DNA of 44,214 bases from a virus (IMGVR_UViG_3300049141_000137:1-44214); one strand, 5' to 3'; positions 1 to 8,381 are shown, counted from the stretch's first letter. The notes: a model not told the origin generated them from the sequence alone. Numbers and translations are program-made.

Positions 1-642
1 ATGCTTAGGCGACGTTGGGTCCTGGCGGCCTCTGAGCAGGATGCAATTACGCTCGCGTGGGGTTCCATCGAGTCGGAATCTGCGGGCACGTCCATGCTCC
101 ACGCCAATAAGGGCGTTGTGTTCGGGGCGCCTGAGGATCTGTGGAATCTGTGGGCTCAGTGGGGTAAGCGGAATGACCCCCAGCGCAAGCGCTACCCGCG
201 CGCCTATGACGTGTACTGGCTTTGGTTCAGGCCGGAGTGCAAGCCGGACCACAAGCACCACGTGAACCCTGGTGACGGGAAGTGCCCGAGCATCAAGGTT
301 AAGCGTGAGGTCATGGAAATGCCGTTGTGGAATACCCCTACGGGTTTCCCTCCGCGCCGTGACCCGGATTGCTCGGAAGCGATGGGGGGCGGCATTCGGT
401 GCGCCGTTTGCTTCCACGGCAACATGCCTTACGGACACGCCGGAAACGGGCTGTGTGCGGCGCACGTGGACGAGGACTTCAACGACTACACGCAGATTCG
501 GCACATGCAGTGCGGCGCCTGTAGCGGGACGGTCGTGGTCACGCTGGTGGATTTGCGGCAGAAGGATTCCGTGCCGTGCCCTCATTGTGTCGACGGGGGC
601 GTTGACCTCATTCACGCACGTCGCCACGGCGACGAGCACTGA
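1..642 (+). CDS. Hypothetical protein with several CxxC pairs (Zn-binding)
   Basis: 213-aa ORF with CAVC, CGAC and CPHC motifs; start may be internal. Confidence 0.6.
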   Translation: MLRRRWVLAASEQDAITLAWGSIESESAGTSMLHANKGVVFGAPEDLWNLWAQWGKRNDPQRKRYPRAYDVYWLWFRPECKPDHKHHVNPGDGKCPSIKVKREVMEMPLWNTPTGFPPRRDPDCSEAMGGGIRCAVCFHGNMPYGHAGNGLCAAHVDEDFNDYTQIRHMQCGACSGTVVVTLVDLRQKDSVPCPHCVDGGVDLIHARRHGDEH

Positions 643-662
643 GCCAAGGAAAGGCGAATGCA

Positions 663-1022
663 ATGACTGACGAGACTCCCGCTATCTCCCCCGTACTCAA
701 ACAGGGGGCGAACAAGCGAAACAGGGATGCGGCCCGTAAGGCGGTCGCGGTGGCTCTCTACAACGGGTGGACCCTCGTGGGCCCGTACAACGGGAGCGAC
801 ACCCGATCCCACTGGAAATGTGAGCTGGGCGGCCCGAAGTGTGTGGTCATCGAGAAGTTCTACAGCCACATCAGGGGGCGCAAGAGGAAGGACGGCACTG
901 TCGTCCCGAGCCCCCGGCACAAGGATTGCATTCCGACTGAAGAGCGTGAGGCCGCTTTGACGGCCTGGCGTAAGCAGAACGGTCTGACCGAGGAGTGGGC
1001 GAAGACTCACGAAGTCCTCTAG
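663..1022 (+). CDS. Hypothetical protein, possible Zn-ribbon
   Basis: 119 aa; RBS AAGGAAAGG upstream; WKC..C..H..C pattern. Confidence 0.7.
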   Translation: MTDETPAISPVLKQGANKRNRDAARKAVAVALYNGWTLVGPYNGSDTRSHWKCELGGPKCVVIEKFYSHIRGRKRKDGTVVPSPRHKDCIPTEEREAALTAWRKQNGLTEEWAKTHEVL

Positions 1023-1033
1023 TCGGTGAGTTT

Positions 1034-1071
1034 GGGGCACGGACGGATAGGGACACTCGTCCGTGCCCTTT
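1034..1071 (+). promoter_or_regulatory. 11-bp hairpin with TAGGGACAC loop, followed by TTTG (terminator-like)
   Basis: GGGCACGGACG (1035-1045) pairs with CGTCCGTGCCC (1058-1068). Confidence 0.7.
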
Positions 1072-1098
1072 GCTCGGCAACTAGCAGGAAGGGAAAGC

Positions 1099-1416
1099 AT
1101 GGAACACACACACGTGGCCGTAGGCACGGACACGATGGACATGGGCGTTCGCGTTGATGTCCAATGGACGCCTGAGGCGCAAGGGCTTGAGGTGACGGTC
1201 AGAGAGGCCGAATCCCTTAGGGAGTACGGCACCTATCGAGCATCCTCCCTTCAGATCATGAGGGGGACCCCGGAAGGCTCCACTCTCAGTCACTCCGTCG
1301 AAATGGTGTTGGCTGCTGCGGACCGGCGCGAAACAACGGTGAGCCTGGCCTACCACTTTGCCCGTAGGCGGTTGCTGACGTGGGTACCGGAAAAGATGGC
1401 GAGGGTCGCTAAGTGA
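1099..1416 (+). CDS. Hypothetical protein
   Basis: ATG at 1099 behind AGGAAGGG; GTGA overlap with the next gene. Confidence 0.65.
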   Translation: MEHTHVAVGTDTMDMGVRVDVQWTPEAQGLEVTVREAESLREYGTYRASSLQIMRGTPEGSTLSHSVEMVLAAADRRETTVSLAYHFARRRLLTWVPEKMARVAK

Positions 1417-1763
1417 AGTGCCTTCAGTTCTTCCCTGTCATCGTGACCCGCTATCCCCAGGACGAGGACCATGCTCCCATCCTGGAGGACGAAGTACACG
1501 CGCGCATCTCCCTGGCGGAAAACGTGTGCGACGGGGATTTGATCCTGGCCTCATTCGAGGACGACGGGCGTTCGCTGTACTTCAACGACCAGTATCCGGC
1601 GAGCGGTTACGCCTATGACCCGGACTGTGGGTGTGGTGTCTGCCCGCTGGACCATTCCGGTCCGGTCGTCGTCCTGGCGGACTGGGGTGGCTGGTGTGAC
1701 CCGTGGCCCGCGAACGCCCCCGTCCTGATCATCCCGACGGAAGACGGGCGGTTGAAGGGGTGA
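1413..1763 (+). CDS. Hypothetical protein (CGCGVC motif)
   Basis: 116 aa; coupled 4-nt overlaps at both ends. Confidence 0.7.
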   Translation: MKCLQFFPVIVTRYPQDEDHAPILEDEVHARISLAENVCDGDLILASFEDDGRSLYFNDQYPASGYAYDPDCGCGVCPLDHSGPVVVLADWGGWCDPWPANAPVLIIPTEDGRLKG

Positions 1764-1987
1764 GCGGGTCTAACCGCTGGAGTGTGGACGTGGTGCGGGC
1801 TCGCGATGGTGCCCGAGCTGCGGCCGGCAACCCGGATTCCTGCACGCGCATGGCTGCCTTCCGTGACCTCTGCGGAGAGCTGGGAGAAACGGCCAACGTC
1901 TACGTCTGTCCGCTCAAGGCGGCTCGCGCGCTGGTCGGAGAGGCCGCCCGCGCATTCGTAAATGAGATGAGAAAGGTACGCGTCTGA
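1760..1987 (+). CDS. Hypothetical protein
   Basis: GTG start overlapping the upstream TGA; TGATG junction downstream. Confidence 0.55.
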   Translation: MSGSNRWSVDVVRARDGARAAAGNPDSCTRMAAFRDLCGELGETANVYVCPLKAARALVGEAARAFVNEMRKVRV

Positions 1988-2214
1988 TGAGTTCTGGCAC
2001 GGATGAGAAGTGGATCATTTACCGGGTCTGGTTTCCCGTGGAAGTCGAGGGCGGACCGAGTCAGAACGTTTCCATGGAAGTCTCGGCTCACCCGCTCGCT
2101 AGCCGAATCCTGGTGAAGCATCAGGTGTGGCTCTTGCTGAGTAAGAAGGGTTACGACCTGGACCCCACCGAGGGCGGCATTGAGGCCATCGGGACGGAGG
2201 AAAGTGGAGACTGA
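1987..2214 (+). CDS. Hypothetical protein
   Basis: 75 aa in a tightly packed operon. Confidence 0.55.
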   Translation: MSSGTDEKWIIYRVWFPVEVEGGPSQNVSMEVSAHPLASRILVKHQVWLLLSKKGYDLDPTEGGIEAIGTEESGD

Positions 2215-2461
2215 CCCGGTCGTGGTGCAGGAGCGGGCCATTGCGGCGGCCCGCGAATTCACGCAGCGGCACGGCTTCAGGTGCTACCGCTTCAACGGCT
2301 CTCGTCGGCTCATCTCGGATGCTCACCTGACGGCAGGGCTATGGGCTCACGTGGGTTACCCCGTTGAGTTCGATGACGCATCCGGCACCATGACGATTCG
2401 TCGGGGAGGCAACACACCCGACATCGTTTATGAGGGACGGACAAGTCGAAAGAGGGGCTGA
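2204..2461 (+). CDS. Hypothetical protein
   Basis: GTG at 2204 after GGAGG. Confidence 0.55.
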   Translation: METDPVVVQERAIAAAREFTQRHGFRCYRFNGSRRLISDAHLTAGLWAHVGYPVEFDDASGTMTIRRGGNTPDIVYEGRTSRKRG

Positions 2462-2474
2462 GCCTCTTTGGTGA

Positions 2475-2501
2475 GGGCTGGAATAGGGACACTTCCAGCC
2501 C
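2475..2501 (+). promoter_or_regulatory. 9-bp hairpin with TAGGGACAC loop
   Basis: GGGCTGGAA pairs with TTCCAGCCC around the same loop as at 1048-1056. Confidence 0.7.
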
Positions 2502-2561
2502 GATCCATGGACGCTCACACGCTGAGTGTGGACGTACAACCAAAACAGAAGAGGGGAAGTA

Positions 2562-4004
2562 GTGGACGAGAAGGCGCGGTATGAGGCGATGGCTCACGGC
2601 CCCATCGGGGCCGCAGTCAAGGCAGCCATGCCACACACGGAGGCCGACCCCATTGGGGTTCACGCTGCGGTCCTGGCGCTCTATTCGGCGGCCATCAATG
2701 GAAAGGTCACGCAGCCGAATGGAAGCCCGGTCGTGACATGGACGGCCCTCGTCGGTCCGTCACGGATCGGGCGCAAGGGATTCGCCCTGAAGACGGCTAA
2801 GGCGATTCTGAAGGACAGCATCGGGGAGTGGCTCGCCCTTCGCGAGGAGGGGGGTATCTCCTCGGGCCCGTCTCTTGTGCAGACGATTTGGGAGAATGAA
2901 CAGGACTCCCTTACGTCCGAAGGTGGGCCGGACAGCCGGACTCTGATCATTGATCAGGAGTGGCAAACCACTCTGCTCTTGACGAAGCGGTGTCCCAAGT
3001 ACGGCGGGATTCTGCGGACCTCGTGGGACGGTGGCCGCATCTCGAATGTCACCAAGAAGGACGGCAAGCGGGTTGAGGCTACGGTTGAGGAACCGGCCCT
3101 TGGGTTTCACGTTCATATCCAGCCGCCGCTTTGGGCGAAGTTCATCAGCCTGACCGAAGCTCAGGGAGGTACGTACAACCGGATTCTTCCCGTGATGGTG
3201 AAGAAGTCCAAGCGCCTCCGTAAGCGGGACTACAAGACCGGTAATTCGCTGGATGAGATCAGGGTCAGTGCCTCTCTTCGCCTGGCTTACGAGTGGGCGA
3301 TGAAGGAACCCCGCCGGATGGAGTTCACCGACGCGTCTGCTGATCGTTTCGACGACATCAGCGCTGAGTACGAGGACATGTTGGAGGAACTCCCCGATGA
3401 CGTGTCCTGCTACATGGAGCGTGCAGACGAACAGGTCTTGAGGGTGGCTTGCGTTCTCACTGCGGCTGAGCGGAAGACCGTCATCACGATCAAGGCCCTG
3501 GAGGCTGCAAAGGCGTTCGTGGACTACTCCATGGCCTCTGTGAAGCAACTGATCTCACAGACCAATGTGACCAAGTCCCGCACGGTTCAGCCGCTTGACG
3601 TGAAGATCACTCAGAAGCTCGAAATGTACGGAGGGGAGATGACGAGTACGCAGCTCTACCGTGCACTCTCCTCGCGGTACTCGGCTGCCCAAATCCTCAA
3701 CCAAGTCGAGGACATGGCGAACGTTGAAATCGTGGAGGTGCGGCAGAACAGGCCGGGGGCTAACCCTGTCGTCTTCCGCCTGGTCCCGGTCATGCCCGAG
3801 CCCGAGGCGGAGCCTCAGCCCGAGCCCGAGAAGCCTGCTGCGAAGCGTCGGGCGCCTGCCAAGAAGGCAGCCCCCGCCAAGAAGACGACGGCCACCGCGA
3901 GGAAGCCCACCCCCGCGGGCTCCCCGCCGGCAACTCGTCGGAAGGCTGCGTCCAAGGCGGTACCCCGTAAGAAGACAGCCCAGCCTGTTCCGGCTGGGAA
4001 GTAA
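2562..4004 (+). CDS. DUF3987/YfjI-like P-loop protein with a C-terminal wHTH-like domain and a Lys/Ala/Pro-rich histone-like tail
   Basis: GPSRIGRKG P-loop-like motif, ISSGPSL, LRTSWDG and GTYNRIL resemble the family; PAKK-type tail; RBS GAGGGG before GTG at 2562. Confidence 0.7.
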   Translation: MDEKARYEAMAHGPIGAAVKAAMPHTEADPIGVHAAVLALYSAAINGKVTQPNGSPVVTWTALVGPSRIGRKGFALKTAKAILKDSIGEWLALREEGGISSGPSLVQTIWENEQDSLTSEGGPDSRTLIIDQEWQTTLLLTKRCPKYGGILRTSWDGGRISNVTKKDGKRVEATVEEPALGFHVHIQPPLWAKFISLTEAQGGTYNRILPVMVKKSKRLRKRDYKTGNSLDEIRVSASLRLAYEWAMKEPRRMEFTDASADRFDDISAEYEDMLEELPDDVSCYMERADEQVLRVACVLTAAERKTVITIKALEAAKAFVDYSMASVKQLISQTNVTKSRTVQPLDVKITQKLEMYGGEMTSTQLYRALSSRYSAAQILNQVEDMANVEIVEVRQNRPGANPVVFRLVPVMPEPEAEPQPEPEKPAAKRRAPAKKAAPAKKTTATARKPTPAGSPPATRRKAASKAVPRKKTAQPVPAGK

Positions 4005-4016
4005 GGAGAAGAGACC

Positions 4017-4844
4017 ATGTCCACTGACCTCAAGACGATGCTTGCCCAGGTCAAGGCAGGCGACTACGTGACCGCCTTCGGGAAGACCACGACGGGCGGG
4101 GAGGTGACGCGTACGGGCGTCCTGCTGGCTGAGCCTCAGGACATGAGGGCCACGCACAACGGGGAGAAGGTTGCCGCGATCCGGGTGCGCGTCGGGGAGG
4201 CAGGTACCGACCCCGCGAAGCGGTCGACCTGGACCACGCTGATTCCGGGGCACGGGAGCATTCGACCTGCTGAGGGTCCGAAGGAAGCTGACCAGGGCCA
4301 GGCGCCCGAGGCCGATCCGTACAGCACTGACCTGGAGCAGGGACGTGCGCTTGGGCTCGACTATGGCGAGGCGCACGACTTCGCCGAGTCGCGAGCGAAG
4401 GCCCGTGGGGCAACCGCCGGCAACTCCGAGCCGGGAGGGAAGCAGGAGTGGGTCTCCGACCTTCAGAGGGCGACGGTGACCATCGATCCGGAAGGGGTCG
4501 TCTGGCAGGACACCGAGTTGCGTGCCTGCATCAGCAGCTCCGTGTTCCTCTATGGAGGCAAGGGCGGGAAGAACAGCTCTGGCCCCAGCCAGGCCGTGAA
4601 GGTCTCCGTGACCTACACGGAGGGTGGCGCCTACGAGCTGCGCGACCTGGAGACGCGTGAGGTCGTTGTCACCCTGCGACTTCAGTCCCGCGTCTGGTGG
4701 GCCCCCATGCCTGCGGACCACTACGCACCGGAGGGTGGCTACGGCAAGCCGGTTCACCACGTCGACACGGGCGAACTCGTGGGCTTCTGGACTCCGGAGA
4801 GGTTCACGCCCGTGGAAGAGGTCCCGGGATACAGGGTCCAGTAG
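4017..4844 (+). CDS. Hypothetical protein
   Basis: 275 aa; RBS AAGGAG; GC3-biased codons. Confidence 0.8.
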   Translation: MSTDLKTMLAQVKAGDYVTAFGKTTTGGEVTRTGVLLAEPQDMRATHNGEKVAAIRVRVGEAGTDPAKRSTWTTLIPGHGSIRPAEGPKEADQGQAPEADPYSTDLEQGRALGLDYGEAHDFAESRAKARGATAGNSEPGGKQEWVSDLQRATVTIDPEGVVWQDTELRACISSSVFLYGGKGGKNSSGPSQAVKVSVTYTEGGAYELRDLETREVVVTLRLQSRVWWAPMPADHYAPEGGYGKPVHHVDTGELVGFWTPERFTPVEEVPGYRVQ

Positions 4845-4877
4845 GGGTGTGAACACTATGAACATAAACCCCTCGGC

Positions 4878-4907
4878 TTCAAAACCGGTTGGCCAACCTG
4901 TTATAGC
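4878..4907 (+). promoter_or_regulatory. Putative sigma70/HrdB-type promoter
   Basis: TTCAAA-N18-TATAGC just upstream of the structured RNA. Confidence 0.4.
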
Positions 4908-4924
4908 GGAGGTAAAGCCCCCCG

Positions 4925-5196
4925 AGTTGGGTGCATCCACCAAGGAAGGCAAGGCTGGGCTTCCCTCGATGATGCCGAAAGTTCGACGCTCAACTACCCG
5001 AGCAATACAGGGGCGTTACTCCCCGATCTGCCGTAAGTGGGCTGAAGGCAAGTGGAGGGATTGAAACGGAGTTGAGTAAGGGGAGTGAATATGGCAGCCT
5101 CCCCGTGACAGATCCGCGCTACACGGCGCTGAAAGGGATACAGGCTTTCGTGCAGGGACACCACTAAAGCCAACCCGCTCGGACGTAAACCCAACT
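4925..5196 (+). ncRNA. Candidate large structured RNA (raiA-motif-reminiscent) upstream of lsr2
   Basis: Closing helix AGTTGGGT/ACCCAACT plus at least 7 further complementary pairs, some crossing; no credible CDS in the 370-nt gap. Confidence 0.6.
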
Positions 5197-5214
5197 AAGC
5201 AGACAGGGAAAGAC

Positions 5215-5559
5215 ATGGCGCAGAAGGTTCAGGTTCTCCTGCTCGACGACCTGACGGGGGGAGACGCCGACGAGACGATCACATTCGCTCTGGACGGGAA
5301 GTCGTATGAGATCGACCTGAGTGACAAGAACGCTGCGAAGCTCAGGAAGTTCCTGGAGCCGTACACGAAGGCAGGCCGGAGGGTGAAGGGCGCGGCCCCC
5401 GCCGGCAACCGCGGCCGGAAGCCCAAGCCCTCTCGCACGGAGAGTGAGCCGTCCTCTGAGGTCTACCGGGCGTGGGCTGCCTCCAACGGCTACGAGGTGA
5501 GCAAGCGAGGCCGCGTCCCCCAGTCCATCAAGGACGCTTACGCGGCAGCCAACAAGTAA
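5215..5559 (+). CDS. lsr2: Lsr2 nucleoid-associated protein
   Basis: MAQKVQVLLLDDL..ADETITFALDGKSYEIDL N-terminus and RAWA..NGY.VS.RGRVP AT-hook C-terminus. Confidence 0.97.
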   Translation: MAQKVQVLLLDDLTGGDADETITFALDGKSYEIDLSDKNAAKLRKFLEPYTKAGRRVKGAAPAGNRGRKPKPSRTESEPSSEVYRAWAASNGYEVSKRGRVPQSIKDAYAAANK

Positions 5560-5585
5560 CCCGCAGCAGCAATACAGCAACACAC

Positions 5586-5625
5586 GGCGGCTCACTCCCT
5601 CAGGGGGTGGGCCGCCTCTCGTTTG
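5586..5625 (+). terminator. Hairpin terminator after lsr2
   Basis: GGCGGCTCACTCCC-TCA-GGGGGTGGGCCGCC followed by TCTCGTTT. Confidence 0.65.
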
Positions 5626-5638
5626 AAGGGGATTCATA

Positions 5639-5821
5639 GTGACGAAGAGGTACCGGGTTGCGCTCCACGCGCACGCGTCGGCAGAGGTCTTCGTAGAGGC
5701 GTCGAGCCCTCAGGAGGCGAACCGCCTTGCGCTGGAGGAGGTGAAGGCCGGAAGGGCGAAAGTCCACCCGGTCAAGCAGTGGACACCGGTAGCAACCTCT
5801 GATTTGAGCCGGGAGCGGTGA
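5639..5821 (+). CDS. Hypothetical protein
   Basis: 60 aa; RBS AAGGGG. Confidence 0.65.
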   Translation: MTKRYRVALHAHASAEVFVEASSPQEANRLALEEVKAGRAKVHPVKQWTPVATSDLSRER

Positions 5822-5822
5822 C

Positions 5823-6275
5823 GTGAGCGCAGAGCAGCCCTACGGGGGCGCATACGCCGCCATACTGCGTGAGATGGTGCGGGAGCTGGATCGGTCGAAG
5901 CGGGCCGAGGGACGGGCGCAGAAGCGCGCGTCCAATGCCCGCATAGGGGCCTGGCGTCAGGCTCTCCTCTGCATCCTCCTGTTCGAGCACGGGATGAACG
6001 AGAAGCAGGCAGAGAGGGCCGTCCTGGACAGCGTGAGGAACTGGAAGAGCGTGCATGACTCTGAGTTGGCAGCCGCGATCCGCTCAACCCTTCGGGAAAA
6101 CGGCGGAGAAGTAACCTTCTCCCAGCTCTACAGGGAACTCGGGGACCGATTCCTTGCAACAGAGATCAAAACAGCGCTGGACAGTATGAGTGGCGTTGCC
6201 TGCTCTCACGTGCGCACGGCCTACAGAGGGCCGGGTACGTTGGTCATCCGCAGCAATGAGGGGGAGGGGCAGTGA
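5823..6275 (+). CDS. Hypothetical protein with a C-terminal wHTH-like domain paralogous to that of 2562-4004
   Basis: GGEVTFSQLYREL versus GGEMTSTQLYRAL. Confidence 0.7.
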   Translation: MSAEQPYGGAYAAILREMVRELDRSKRAEGRAQKRASNARIGAWRQALLCILLFEHGMNEKQAERAVLDSVRNWKSVHDSELAAAIRSTLRENGGEVTFSQLYRELGDRFLATEIKTALDSMSGVACSHVRTAYRGPGTLVIRSNEGEGQ

Positions 6276-6427
6276 AGAGTTACCGCGTGAGGTGGACGCA
6301 GGACGGCCAGGAGCACGAGTCAGCCGTCATGTACGACGCGCCTTGTGCCGAGAAGCGTGTGAACGAGCTGGAGGCCACTGAGGGCGTGTCCAACGTCGTC
6401 AGCGTGCCCGCGAAGCCGGGAGAGTAA
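6272..6427 (+). CDS. Small hypothetical protein (51 aa, not in the ORF track)
   Basis: GTGA overlap and GGGGAGGGG RBS; MKSYRVRWTQDGQEHES... Confidence 0.65.
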   Translation: MKSYRVRWTQDGQEHESAVMYDAPCAEKRVNELEATEGVSNVVSVPAKPGE

Positions 6428-6619
6428 GTGTCGTCGGTTTACCTGTGCAGACATCATGGGGCCGAGCACCGGACCTACGGCGAACTCGCTCTTCGGATCT
6501 GTGGATGCGACGGAACGCGTCACCACGCGTGCACTCCCCGCCCCGCTCCGCCCGGTACCCCCCGGCCTGAAGACTGGCCGATTCATCTGGCATGGGCAAC
6601 CACAAAGCAGGGAGAGTAA
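6428..6619 (+). CDS. Small Cys/His-rich hypothetical protein
   Basis: Abuts the upstream stop; GGAGAG RBS. Confidence 0.45.
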   Translation: MSSVYLCRHHGAEHRTYGELALRICGCDGTRHHACTPRPAPPGTPRPEDWPIHLAWATTKQGE

Positions 6620-6825
6620 TGGAGAACTGCTCGAACTGCCGTGGTCGGTACGCTGACGACGGGCGGGGAATAGCTCAATACCACAATCGACCGTGTACCT
6701 GGTGCGCCAGCGAAGGGCACTCAGCCTGTCAGTGCATGGAACCAGAGGAGAGCCCCGCTGCGGCGGCTCTGCGGCGCCTTCGTTCGCCCCACGTCGCCTA
6801 CGGTGATCCCGGAGATAACCGGTAG
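6619..6825 (+). CDS. Small CxxC hypothetical protein
   Basis: TAATG overlap; GGGAGAG RBS; CSNC, CTWC and CQC motifs. Confidence 0.55.
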   Translation: MENCSNCRGRYADDGRGIAQYHNRPCTWCASEGHSACQCMEPEESPAAAALRRLRSPHVAYGDPGDNR

Positions 6826-6833
6826 CACAACGC

Positions 6834-6880
6834 AAAAGAAGGCCCCCCTGCCAAACGGCAGGGGGGCCTTTTTGTGTTTT
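6834..6880. terminator. Bidirectional intrinsic terminator between the converging arms
   Basis: 14-bp stem AAGGCCCCCCTGCC/GGCAGGGGGGCCTT with an A-rich left flank and T-rich right flank. Confidence 0.9.
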
Positions 6881-6923
6881 CTCTCAACCCCAGGCGTACC
6901 CCTACGCCTAGTTCGTGGTCGGC

Positions 6924-7157
6924 CTACTGGCCGAGTCCGCCCTTCAGCTCAGCCTCAAACGGGCTGTCCTCGTAAAGGGCCTTGAGGGTCTTGGTGTCCT
7001 CGTGCGAGGCCGCAACGACACCGACACCGAGGAGAGCAGCGGAAGCCGCTACGAGTGCCTCCCAGGGGACCGTAGGCCACACCAGGACGAGCGCCGGCAC
7101 CAGGGCCGCGAGGACGGAATAGATCCGAACACCGTGCGCGGAAATGAAGTCGTGCAT
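6924..7157 (-). CDS. Holin
   Basis: 77 aa; two hydrophobic segments; directly after the endolysin. Confidence 0.75.
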   Translation of the reverse strand: MHDFISAHGVRIYSVLAALVPALVLVWPTVPWEALVAASAALLGVGVVAASHEDTKTLKALYEDSPFEAELKGGLGQ

Positions 7158-7168
7158 GAGTCCCCCTC

Positions 7169-8077
7169 TTAGCTAAAAAGCCGCTTCCAGGTCTGCGGAC
7201 CGGGGTAACCGTCAGCGTCGCTTCCGGTCCAGCCCTGCGCCTTCTGGAATGCCTTAACGGCGGCTCGGTCAACGGCAGTCCACTGAGGGCCTGGACCCTG
7301 CTTGTAGACCTTCCCGTAACCCTTCTTCACAAGCTGACGACCGAGCATGGTCACATACTGGTTCTTCGCGCCAGGGCGGAAGTAGTAGGCACCAGGGAAG
7401 GCAGGAACACCCGGCTTTGGCTTCGGGGCAGGAGCAGGCTTAGAGGGCTTCTCAGGCTTGCTCGGTGCGGGCTTGCCCTTCTCCATGGTCGCCTTGATGT
7501 CCGAACGGACCTCGTCCATGTCCATCATCGTGCCTGGCTTGAAGCCCGGGTCCCACTTGCCCGGAGACCCCCACTCACCGTGCCCGATGACGCTTCCCTC
7601 GTCCCATCCGTGGAAGTCACAGATGGCCGCAGCCAGAAGCCGAAGAGTCGCGTACTGCGCCTCGGTCATCGGGTGACTTCCCGAATACCAAATCTCGATG
7701 CCGTAAAACCGAGAGTTCCCGTCAGTGTTGCTCTCGTCATCGTTCGGAATCGGCTTCTCGGCAATGACAGCATCCAGAACGTCATCATCACCCGAGCCCG
7801 CGTGATTTGCTCGACCCCAGCCGACAAGATGAATGGTGCCGTCCTGAGAAAGCCCGAACTGGCAGAGAGGGCCTGGAAGGGTGGCAGTGCCCTTGTACAG
7901 AAGCTCTCGCTGATCCTTGGAGTCGGAGCCCGTGTGATGAACCATCAGGCCGTGTACAGGCCCCCACTTACCCTTATGGTTCCGGTTGTGGGTCTTCCAA
8001 TCCTTGTACTCCTTGAACGGAATACCGAACTTCTTGAGCTGCGCTACAGCCTGCGCAGCAGTCATAGGAGTTGCCAT
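7169..8077 (-). CDS. Endolysin: N-acetylmuramoyl-L-alanine amidase (Amidase_2) plus C-terminal peptidoglycan-binding domain
   Basis: VHHTG, ANHAG, GIE, GH.E...KWDPG motifs; Pro/Lys linker; AVKAFQKAQGW..ADG.PGP.TW. Confidence 0.92.
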   Translation of the reverse strand: MATPMTAAQAVAQLKKFGIPFKEYKDWKTHNRNHKGKWGPVHGLMVHHTGSDSKDQRELLYKGTATLPGPLCQFGLSQDGTIHLVGWGRANHAGSGDDDVLDAVIAEKPIPNDDESNTDGNSRFYGIEIWYSGSHPMTEAQYATLRLLAAAICDFHGWDEGSVIGHGEWGSPGKWDPGFKPGTMMDMDEVRSDIKATMEKGKPAPSKPEKPSKPAPAPKPKPGVPAFPGAYYFRPGAKNQYVTMLGRQLVKKGYGKVYKQGPGPQWTAVDRAAVKAFQKAQGWTGSDADGYPGPQTWKRLFS

Positions 8078-8361
8078 TAAACCTCCGTGGGGTTAGCGGC
8101 CTGCCGCACAGCGGCGAGACGGATGGGGTCGAGAGAAGTCAGCAAGGCGACGAGGCGCGCGTTATCGCGCTCGATGTGGGTCAGCCGCTCCTTGATCTCC
8201 TTCAGGTCTGACTCAAGGCGGTTGGCTCTTGCGGTCTGCGCTTCGGCCTCTTCCTTCCAGACCCGAGCGGTATTCGTGCGGAAGGCTGCGAGGACGACAA
8301 CGGCAGCAGCAATGAAGGTCACCAGAGGACCCGAATAGGAGAAGAACTGAGAAAGGGTCAT
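8077..8361 (-). CDS. Membrane protein with coiled coil (lysis cassette)
   Basis: N-terminal TM segment and heptad-like C-terminus. Confidence 0.7.
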   Translation of the reverse strand: MTLSQFFSYSGPLVTFIAAAVVVLAAFRTNTARVWKEEAEAQTARANRLESDLKEIKERLTHIERDNARLVALLTSLDPIRLAAVRQAANPTEV

Positions 8362-8381
8362 AGGGGCTCCATGAGGGCAGC

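Noticed and set aside
3555-4952. 465-aa antisense ORF; likewise 14334-15809, 21070-22314, 23350-24114, 41538-42269 and others
   Set aside because: These are shadow ORFs opposite well-supported genes, expected in GC-rich DNA, and have no recognisable motifs.
5567-5577. AGCAATACAG repeated at 5001 and about 5568, flanking lsr2
   Set aside because: Only 10 bp in two copies, too weak to call an insertion boundary.
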